This document shows positions 57,401 to 64,000 of a stretch of DNA of 64,000 bases, in pieces (the stretch's first letter is position 1; each line of letters starts with the position of its first letter). This DNA is from Candidatus Poseidoniaceae archaeon (GTDB taxonomy: Archaea; Thermoplasmatota; Poseidoniia; Poseidoniales; Poseidoniaceae). The stretch spans positions 4,563 to 68,562 of the forward strand of contig CBFIJH010000010.1 of NCBI GenBank assembly GCA_965662895.1, read 5' to 3'. The notes under the pieces are model-generated. The model saw only the letters and a list, made by a program, of their open reading frames with translations. It was not told where the DNA came from and did no database searches. The position numbers were made by a program, and so were the translations under genes.

Positions 57401-60400
57401 ACTCCCGCTGTCGTGTTGTCAAAAATCGTTTCAGCACGAATCATGTAAACGCCTGAGAAGAATTCGTGGTTTGCAACGGTTGTGGTCGCAACGTCTTCTG
57501 CATCAACGTTGGTGCGGGACGTGGTGTAGGAGGCTTCTTCAAAGAACGTAAATTCTTGCAGTGTGATGTTGTTAAACGCCACACCCTTGAAGCCATCGTT
57601 GACCCCGTTTCGACCATCGCCATCGCTCTGGAATTCAAAGTTGATGTCAACCGTTGAACCTGCTAATGAGATGCACTCGCGGAACCACTGTAGGCTGTCG
57701 GCGGCTGTGTTGTTGAGAACATAAAGATGCGTCAAGTCAATGCTTCTGGTAAGTACAAGATCGTCTGTGTTGAAGAAAACGTTGTAATTTCCACCGGAGC
57801 CATCCGTGCTTGATGAATCGCCAATGAATGAGATTTCTGCTTGATTGACGGATTCGCTTGAGTTTGTTACCCCATCATCGTTGTCGTCGTTTCGGCATGT
57901 GCCATCCTCGTCGTAATCGTTCCACTGTCCGAGAAGAACCGCTGAGTACGAATCTGAACCCTTGGTGAAGTCGACGTTAATCGATGCGTAGTCGTTCACG
58001 TCGACAATCGAGGTTCCATCGACATCGATACCATAGAAGGTGTCAGCGTAGTACTCGAAGTTCAACGAAACGAAATCTCCGGACATTCCTGTCAAATCGA
58101 CGTTCGGAATTGTGAGCGTTTCATTTTCCCAGAGGTCGCCATAACCTTGCGTAGCAGTATCACAGGGGTGGCCAAACCAATACGCATTGTTGTTGAAGAT
58201 TGGATCGTTGCACGTGGCTTCGTTGTAGATTGCTCCTTGTGGGTTGCCATCATCGCTGTAGACGTATCCTTCAGCTCCACCTTCGAACGATTCCTTACAG
58301 ATAACCGCTGGTGCGCTACACAACACATCGGACGGTGTTGCAGAGAAGACTGTCGCTTCAATGTCAAAGTCAACCATGGTATTGCCCCAGTTGTTGGTGA
58401 CAACATCGATGTCAAACAGCCCTTCAGCATACAATCCACCAGGATTGAAGTACTCGATTCCTTCGATGGTAGGGTCGTAGAGGTTGAACGGTTGTACGTA
58501 GCCGATGATGTCATCGTTAACGGATTGCTCATCCCATGCATGATTGCTCAGTGTTGCTGAAATTCGGTAGATTGTATCGTTGAGTAGATTTGCAGAAATG
58601 TTTGCAGTCTCTGTTTCACCCGGCCCAAGATTCTGGAGACTGAGTTGGCGCTGAAGCGTTTGTGGGTTCGGGAAATATGCAGTGTTCTGTTTGTAGATGG
58701 TAACGTTATCAATGGCATATCCATCACGACCGGTCCACAGCGACTCGTTATCATCAGCGATGGAACCTTCAAACCCGGAACGGAGTCGGAAACGAATGTC
58801 GACCGTTTCACCGGCCCATGGTGAAAGATCGAATTCACCGACGCCATCTTGCGTAAAGTTGTCCCATCCATAATATGTACCGGAGCTGTAGAGGCCGTAA
58901 TAGTAGACACCTTCGGCGACACCTCCGATGCCGTTGATCTTGAACGCCCGATCGTTGTCGTACCCGCCCCAAAGAGTGGAGCCTGAAAGACAAGCACCAG
59001 CAACTTGTGCAGAGGTTGGACATGCGATGACCGACCATCCAGTTTCGTCAGACCCGACTTCAATCATCGCCACATCGTCCCATAGTTCTCCAATGAGCCA
59101 TTGTCCAGTTGTAGCGTCAACAGAACCCAAGGCTCCAAAGCCAAGGTGGCGGAACAACTCAACGCTGAGGAAGGCTCGGTCAGAGCCAGTCAAATCAACA
59201 TCTGTCAATGTCAAGGCATCGTCCCAATGTCGGCCGTAACCAGACCAGAGGTCTCCACTGCTGTTGGTCTTGTATTCCCCTGCCCACATGAAGTCGGTTG
59301 GGTTCTGGTAGTTCGCAGATAGGTTCGGCGCGTTGTTTCCGTCGGTTGCACCCACGGAATTGTTCGTTTCAAGAATCCAGCTCGAGGATTGATCGACATA
59401 CTCGTCAAAGGACCACGTACATCCTCCACCGCAACCTGTTGCATCTGCAGGAGTATCGAAGTCGTGCGTAAATACTGTGGAATTCGATGAGTTGGCTTCG
59501 TCGACGACCTTGAGTTCAACATCGAGCGTCGCTGTTTGTGTGAGCGTGTCCATTCCAGTGTTTGTGACGGTGACATTGATTTCACGAGTACCTTCACCGA
59601 CTGCACCAAAGAAACGGTCAACAGGATTGATGTCTATGCCAGTAATCGCAATGTCTTTGTTGTCCATTTCGACAACAGTGACATAGTCGTACTGACCATC
59701 CCATCCAAGGTTATCAATCCAACTTCCGAAACTGTAGGACGCATGTCCAACAACGATATCAGGTGCAGAGTTCGAAGCACCCGCAAGTTGTCCAACAACG
59801 GCGATGTTTGGTCGACGGCCGGCCTCGTAGGAGAGTGGTGTCACGTAGCCACCCGATCCATCGGAGAGGGTGACTTGAACAGTTGTTGGGAAGTTGAGCC
59901 AGAAGGAGGATGTTGAACCCCCAGCTGAGTCCGATGTGTTTTGTTGGTAAGCAACGGTTGGGTTGACGAAGTCTGGTTCGCCATCGCCGTTGATGTCTGC
60001 GACAGTGACGTCATAGGAGATGTACGGCCCAAAGTAAGCAAGTGTGGGATTCGACCAGGTTCCAACCGTTGATGATGTTGAATACGTGATGTTCTCCAGA
60101 TTCCCTTGCGTCATAGCGATGGTGTCGATTGTTCCATCGTCATCGATATCACCGATGTCGAATGCTCCAAACGTGTTGGCCATGTTCACGACGTGAGTGT
60201 CGATTTGATTGGTTCCGTAAGCATAGGTTGTTGGGAATTGGTTTGAAAGACAATTGAATTCGATGATTGTAACGTTGTCGTCGTTACCCGGGTTTGTGGT
60301 TTGACCGGTCGTGTAGTCAACACCTTCGCTCCTTAGGAGCCAAATGTCCTCGTCGACGCAGGTGGTTCCAATCCCTTGTGTTTCGCCCCAATCGCCGATT

Positions 60401-61104
60401 TCGAGATCTCTGTAGGCGTTCGTGTTCGACGTTCCCAACGATGTTGTCAGTGGCGTTGTACTCGCTCCGATTGGGCCGAGGTAGGTGACGACACGTTGAT
60501 TTGAGATATCGTTGAGCAGGTCGAGGATAACGACGTCATCGTTTCCATCCTGGTTAACGTCCCCGACGGCGAGGTCCCATGCCCAAAAGTGGGTGAATCG
60601 TTGGCCGATGGTGAAGGAGTTGCTGCTGCACCCATCGTTTTCAAGGATGGTCAAGTTACCTGGTTCGCCAGCCGGCGCACCGTTATCGTCTCTCTTGAAC
60701 GGGTTGTTTCTCTGGAAAATGACGATGTCTGCCACACCATCGCCATCGAAATCACCGACTTCGAGGAATTGAACGTTGGAGAACTCATCCCATTCTGCGT
60801 TACGCGAGGTGTTCTTCGAAACCCATACGTCGTAGCGCTCAGAGAAATCTCCGTTACCATCGTTGAGGAGAATGGAGATGGTGTGCGTACCGTCTGTTGC
60901 AATCGCCATGTCGTTGTGACCATCGCAATTGAAGTCGGCAATACCGATGTCAATCGGATCACGATTTGTTGTGTAATTTCGGGCAGCGGAGGCGCTTGCA
61001 TTGGTTGCAAATGCAGCCGTCGTCGATAGAACCATAATGAGAACGAGGAAAATACTCTGAAGTTTTGACCCGATTTGGTTTGTCTTTGTTTGCATCAATA
61101 TCAC
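54439..61104 (-). CDS. giant (2221 aa) cell-surface protein with N-terminal FG-GAP/integrin-alpha-like repeats, long beta-rich ectodomain, C-terminal TM helix and repetitive cytoplasmic tail
   Basis: A signal peptide is present. FG-GAP-like DxDxDG motifs follow (DFNCDGHNDMAI, GDFDGDGVADIV, GDVNQDGNDDVV, DINGDGEPDFV). A TM helix (LIIGIIASVLVLLVVSVLFL) is followed by a 106-aa Ala/Gln/Tyr-rich tail. Confidence 0.75.
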   Translation of the reverse strand: MILMQTKTNQIGSKLQSIFLVLIMVLSTTAAFATNASASAARNYTTNRDPIDIGIADFNCDGHNDMAIATDGTHTISILLNDGNGDFSERYDVWVSKNTSRNAEWDEFSNVQFLEVGDFDGDGVADIVIFQRNNPFKRDDNGAPAGEPGNLTILENDGCSSNSFTIGQRFTHFWAWDLAVGDVNQDGNDDVVILDLLNDISNQRVVTYLGPIGASTTPLTTSLGTSNTNAYRDLEIGDWGETQGIGTTCVDEDIWLLRSEGVDYTTGQTTNPGNDDNVTIIEFNCLSNQFPTTYAYGTNQIDTHVVNMANTFGAFDIGDIDDDGTIDTIAMTQGNLENITYSTSSTVGTWSNPTLAYFGPYISYDVTVADINGDGEPDFVNPTVAYQQNTSDSAGGSTSSFWLNFPTTVQVTLSDGSGGYVTPLSYEAGRRPNIAVVGQLAGASNSAPDIVVGHASYSFGSWIDNLGWDGQYDYVTVVEMDNKDIAITGIDINPVDRFFGAVGEGTREINVTVTNTGMDTLTQTATLDVELKVVDEANSSNSTVFTHDFDTPADATGCGGGCTWSFDEYVDQSSSWILETNNSVGATDGNNAPNLSANYQNPTDFMWAGEYKTNSSGDLWSGYGRHWDDALTLTDVDLTGSDRAFLSVELFRHLGFGALGSVDATTGQWLIGELWDDVAMIEVGSDETGWSVIACPTSAQVAGACLSGSTLWGGYDNDRAFKINGIGGVAEGVYYYGLYSSGTYYGWDNFTQDGVGEFDLSPWAGETVDIRFRLRSGFEGSIADDNESLWTGRDGYAIDNVTIYKQNTAYFPNPQTLQRQLSLQNLGPGETETANISANLLNDTIYRISATLSNHAWDEQSVNDDIIGYVQPFNLYDPTIEGIEYFNPGGLYAEGLFDIDVVTNNWGNTMVDFDIEATVFSATPSDVLCSAPAVICKESFEGGAEGYVYSDDGNPQGAIYNEATCNDPIFNNNAYWFGHPCDTATQGYGDLWENETLTIPNVDLTGMSGDFVSLNFEYYADTFYGIDVDGTSIVDVNDYASINVDFTKGSDSYSAVLLGQWNDYDEDGTCRNDDNDDGVTNSSESVNQAEISFIGDSSSTDGSGGNYNVFFNTDDLVLTRSIDLTHLYVLNNTAADSLQWFRECISLAGSTVDINFEFQSDGDGRNGVNDGFKGVAFNNITLQEFTFFEEASYTTSRTNVDAEDVATTTVANHEFFSGVYMIRAETIFDNTTAGVPWFGDNELSDSNNIEQVIFNVESVDITLGKPSTLACLDDGTYECVLPIDGSLAHSWDLRATNGVLGGDYMFYMTVFDETDGMQVHQASSSSTTTALASNERIDLTFPSFNNWMDGHTYNISFHAELANGNPSGNVRYFHATFADQIDVAILSDSTARTSTIKEDLQTLGMSYTQFAINDWTTYLDSGWMTHYDKILLPWQDDVAAKDVESGGRGYYQKLGSTANRQTLESFMSAGGTVQAHLGPQGTQIYGLDVGLNGRLPFGMDVQSRDTPGTKILYTGLDIADPFHPIMDNVSTTAFQGFEGDGTVATAVLNTNSVSTQNVPGVCNGYMEDGGYFQSLLRTSENSKDVIMGTCSYYQGGMIVSTIDVATYSSRADSTTFPLLGNMLEFSVTPYPEGFGSMGQDLGLKIDDEMPGIDPSTGGYATHYMKSDATVNFAYMTGTSVPLTADWILDGPTDWMGQTMATGTDHISEASPTATFCKTDLSSATGCLQGAQWTVTLMLHDEAGHARIISVVVETNDVLADAFAPEANMSIDMRDEYVDNIEFTGTKTVSSAEWDVNRIILPESGELVVHFDASESFDADAIDGSNGIVTYEWKIFFDAPYGDTSFNLEGHTFEETAASNGLFSYRFKNVTVDDSGTAESQIRMELRVYDASGKFSDKYRMYFVVVPDGFGDEMPEVQYDDFSNESGFVSDQTYTITGTILSGSETGEVYVEAAFNKDDFKASAIEKYNLQSNNRFDRTEALSDSESFELSLFIGDRYSNTSEVVEIWVRVYEGDDERWSDNLTKSVGVKLSICRGVLANSSAALAGGGFVWNTTTLQCDWISENGDWTYDPETGEWTEQSNNEQSSEETEDDSMMLIIGIIASVLVLLVVSVLFLRGGSGEKIDNLSAAAAGYGQEMDMTEQYVQQLIAQGYPEETARAYAAQYVGQAAAAPAAAAAPAASNDLYTQYYNQYYQQFVAQGYDEATAAQYAQQYAAQAQQQQ

Positions 61105-61198
61105 TCATCTAAGCCAGCCATACTTCCACTATAACCCCTTTGATGCCACGCTTCGCAAAAAGGGAGGCGAATGTGCGATAATGCTCGCCAATTCTAAC

Positions 61199-61858
61199 TT
61201 AACCAAGCCACCGAGGAGAAGGACCCCAACCGGTTGCATCTCCACCGTGAATCTTGACAAGTTTACCCGCAGCAAAAAGCGAATCGAGCCATACGCTGAG
61301 TTCAACACCGGAACGCCCACCGAGCTTGGCTCCTGCGACCTCTTCGATGGTCTCGGTTGCAAGAGCGGTTCGACCCCCTTCTCGCACAACAAGTCGCATC
61401 AATTCCTTCAGCCATGCCTCCGCCATCGGATCGACGCTCATCTCGCCTTGGATTGGACGCGGCTCATCAAGTTCTGAGAAAGCATCCATCAGTTCGAAAA
61501 CGTCGTTCGCACTTGGTGGTTCAAGCCCTATTTTCTCGATTTCGAGTTCGATGTTCAAAGCCCCGATTGGGCGTTTTACGACAGGAATACGGCTTGGATC
61601 TGGCTCTGGCCCCATATCGCTTGGAGGAGCGAGCATTGCCCCCTCGCTTTCGTCGTTTTCTGAATCCCCAGCGATCTCATTTGAGGACGGTTTTCCAAGA
61701 GACATCATCGTGCCGACATCCGACAGACCAAGATCATCGACAATGGATTGGACCCAAGCTTTCTTGCCTTCAATGGTCACATTCACATCGAGTTCATCGG
61801 AGCGAAAGGTGTATTGAACATCGTTGGATGACACGTCACCGACTCCATTTGGTTTCAT
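61199..61858 (-). CDS. hypothetical protein downstream of aconitase
   Basis: I trimmed the ORF to the Met at 61858 so it starts 2 nt after the aconitase stop. I recognise no motifs. Confidence 0.35.
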   Translation of the reverse strand: MKPNGVGDVSSNDVQYTFRSDELDVNVTIEGKKAWVQSIVDDLGLSDVGTMMSLGKPSSNEIAGDSENDESEGAMLAPPSDMGPEPDPSRIPVVKRPIGALNIELEIEKIGLEPPSANDVFELMDAFSELDEPRPIQGEMSVDPMAEAWLKELMRLVVREGGRTALATETIEEVAGAKLGGRSGVELSVWLDSLFAAGKLVKIHGGDATGWGPSPRWLG

Positions 61859-61859
61859 T

Positions 61860-64000
61860 TCAAGATGTCGATTCCGAGGTCGCCGCGAGCTGTCGCAGGA
61901 CGGTGTGAAGGATTCCACCATTGCGATAGTATTCGACTTCAACCGGTGTATCAAGCCGCACAGATGCGTTGAAATCGACGGTTGTACCATCGATGCGTGT
62001 TGCCGTGATTGTAAGTTCTTGGAGAGGTTGCACGTCGTTTGTAATTGGAATCGAAAACGATTCCGTTCCGTCCAGTCCAAGGGTTTCATGCGATTCCCCT
62101 TCATTAAACGTCAGCGGTAAAACACCCATTCCGACGAGGTTGGATCGGTGGATACGTTCGAACGATGTTGCAAGAACGGCCTTAACACCCAAAAGATAGG
62201 TCCCTTTTGCAGCCCAATCGCGTGAAGAGCCTGTTCCATACTGCGAGCCTGCTAAGACGACCATTGGGCCATCGTGGCTCATTGCGGCATCGTACACTGA
62301 GGTCACTTCACCGGTCGCATGGTTGAGAGCATAACCGCCCTCAGTTCCAGGTGCGAGTTGGTTTCGTATTCGCACGTTGGCAAACGTTCCACGCATCATG
62401 ATTTCATGATTGCCTCGGCGACTACCAAATGAATTGAAATCGGCTTTTGCTACTCCGCGCTCGACCAGCCACTGCCCCGCAGGCCCGCTTTCTGGGAAAG
62501 AGCCAGCAGGCGATATGTGGTCTGTGGTTATGGAATCACCAAGTTTCAGCAAGACCTTTGCATCGGTGATCGGTTCGATCGGGTCGGCTTCAGCAGAGAG
62601 ATTCTGGAAGAATGTCGGCAGACGAATGTAGGTCGAATCTTCATCCCATGGATAAAGCGGGCTTGGTTCGGAAGGAATTGAATCCCATCGTGGCTCATTC
62701 ATTGCATCGGCATAACGTTGTTTGAACATCTCTGGCGTAATCGCAGAGCGGGCCGCTTCAATCTCCGCAGTTGATGGCCATAGATCTGAAAGCATGACTG
62801 GAGATCCATCGGTTGCTGTACCAATTGGTTCAGTTGTCAAATCGATTTCAAGCGTTCCTGCCAAAGCATAAGCAACGACAAGAGGCGGGGAAGCAAGATA
62901 GGATGCTTTGACTTTCCCGTGGACTCGTCCCTCGAAATTTCTGTTTCCGGACAAGACGCTTCCAACAATTAAGTTCCCTTCATCAATAGCCGCATCAACT
63001 TCCTCGGGGAGAGGTCCTGAATTTCCGATACAGGTCGTGCATCCGTAACCAACGACGTTGAAGCCGAGGGCGTTTAGGTCGTCCTGGAGGCCGGTCGCCT
63101 CGTAGTATTCGGTGACAACTCGGCTACCTGGGGCTAGTGAGGTGCGAACCCAAGGCTTGACGCTGAGACCAAAGGAACGTGCTTTTCGGGCGACAAGCCC
63201 TGCTGCAAGCATAACGTCTGGATTTGAGGTGTTCGTACAGGAGGTTATCGCTGCAATCACAACATCACCATGATTCAAATCATAGATTTCTCCATCGTGT
63301 TCAACAATGGCACCGTTGTTTAATTCCGACGCATCAAGGCCATGTCCTTCAAATCCGAGATCGTTGGTGAGGGAGTGAATGAAATGGGATTTCATATCTT
63401 TCAGATCAACTCGATCCTGCGGACGCTTCGGTCCTGCAAGAGCAGGAAGGATTGTACCCAAATCCAATTCAAGAACATCCGTATAGGATTTTTCAGCATC
63501 GCTTGCATCGTACCATAGACCTTGAGCCTTGGAGAATGCTTCAACACCAGCAAGCGCTTCTTCATCACGACCCGTCAATCGAAGGTACTCGATGGTTCGT
63601 TCATCGACTGGGAAAAATCCACAGGTTGCACCATATTCAGGCGCCATGTTTGCGATGGTGGCTCGATCCGCAAGAGAAAGCGCAGCCATTCCTTCACCAA
63701 AGAATTCAACGAATTTTCCGACAACACCGTGTTCCCGAAGCATTTCAACGATTCGAAGTGTCATGTCGGTCGCGGTAACACCTTCATTGAGTGTTCCAGT
63801 CAAGCGTACACCAACAACGTCCGGCGAGAGCATGTAGATTGGTTGCCCGAGCATCACTGCTTCGGCCTCAATTCCACCAACACCCCATCCAAGGACACCG
63901 AGTCCGTTGACCATGGTCGTATGCGAATCGGTTCCGACAAGCGTATCGGCAAGCCAGATGTTGTTTTCAGCTCGTGCTACGCTGGCGAGGAATTCAAGAT
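61860..64000 (-). CDS. acnA: aconitate hydratase A, C-terminal ~710 aa (N-terminus beyond window)
   Basis: Aconitase domain 3/4 motifs are present (SGNRNFEGR, the swivel domain, and C-terminal VLPLTF...GGILHTVLR). The reading frame is open to the window end. Confidence 0.85.
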   Translation of the reverse strand, partial: LEFLASVARAENNIWLADTLVGTDSHTTMVNGLGVLGWGVGGIEAEAVMLGQPIYMLSPDVVGVRLTGTLNEGVTATDMTLRIVEMLREHGVVGKFVEFFGEGMAALSLADRATIANMAPEYGATCGFFPVDERTIEYLRLTGRDEEALAGVEAFSKAQGLWYDASDAEKSYTDVLELDLGTILPALAGPKRPQDRVDLKDMKSHFIHSLTNDLGFEGHGLDASELNNGAIVEHDGEIYDLNHGDVVIAAITSCTNTSNPDVMLAAGLVARKARSFGLSVKPWVRTSLAPGSRVVTEYYEATGLQDDLNALGFNVVGYGCTTCIGNSGPLPEEVDAAIDEGNLIVGSVLSGNRNFEGRVHGKVKASYLASPPLVVAYALAGTLEIDLTTEPIGTATDGSPVMLSDLWPSTAEIEAARSAITPEMFKQRYADAMNEPRWDSIPSEPSPLYPWDEDSTYIRLPTFFQNLSAEADPIEPITDAKVLLKLGDSITTDHISPAGSFPESGPAGQWLVERGVAKADFNSFGSRRGNHEIMMRGTFANVRIRNQLAPGTEGGYALNHATGEVTSVYDAAMSHDGPMVVLAGSQYGTGSSRDWAAKGTYLLGVKAVLATSFERIHRSNLVGMGVLPLTFNEGESHETLGLDGTESFSIPITNDVQPLQELTITATRIDGTTVDFNASVRLDTPVEVEYYRNGGILHTVLRQLAATSESTS

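Overview
This 64-kb window is densely coding, with about 50 genes on both strands, GC near 50%, and no rRNA, tRNA or CRISPR array that I could recognise. I read it as archaeal. It carries the archaeal shikimate-entry enzymes (ADH synthase AroA' fragment, DHQ synthase II, GHMP-type shikimate kinase, chorismate synthase), with an aspartate kinase that could supply aspartate semialdehyde to that route. It also has a RibL-type FAD synthetase, TATA-like promoter elements, and PGF-CTERM-like anchored surface proteins. Bacterial-type enzymes sit alongside these: MetK with AhcY, GpsA, oligoribonuclease, and an MFTGIV-type riboflavin synthase. The proteome is acidic and rich in anchored surface proteins and subtilases. 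That mosaic resembles marine planktonic Thermoplasmatota (MGII/Poseidoniales-like), but this is inference only.

Recognisable modules are:
- the aro cluster;
- a MoxR AAA+/DUF58/large-membrane-protein cluster with a secreted Ser/Asp-rich anchored protein;
- a CoxS-CoxL-CoxM molybdo-flavo-FeS dehydrogenase with distal XdhC and MocA maturation genes;
- two S8 subtilases flanking a 1342-aa polytopic membrane protein of unknown function;
- a riboflavin/FAD cluster (ribB, ribL, riboflavin synthase, ribH);
- a PhnCDE-like ABC importer with a palindromic operator over its TATA box;
- an ABC-2 exporter beside a 638-aa anchored secreted protein;
- metK-ahcY;
- a 2221-aa FG-GAP surface adhesin with a repetitive cytoplasmic tail;
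- the C-terminal part of aconitase A.

The most unusual single gene is a Gar1-like H/ACA RNP domain fused to two canonical RanBP2-type zinc fingers and an RGG/RDS repeat tail, a eukaryote-like RNA-binding architecture. Many start codons, especially on minus-strand genes with upstream overlaps, were re-assigned by eye and remain uncertain.
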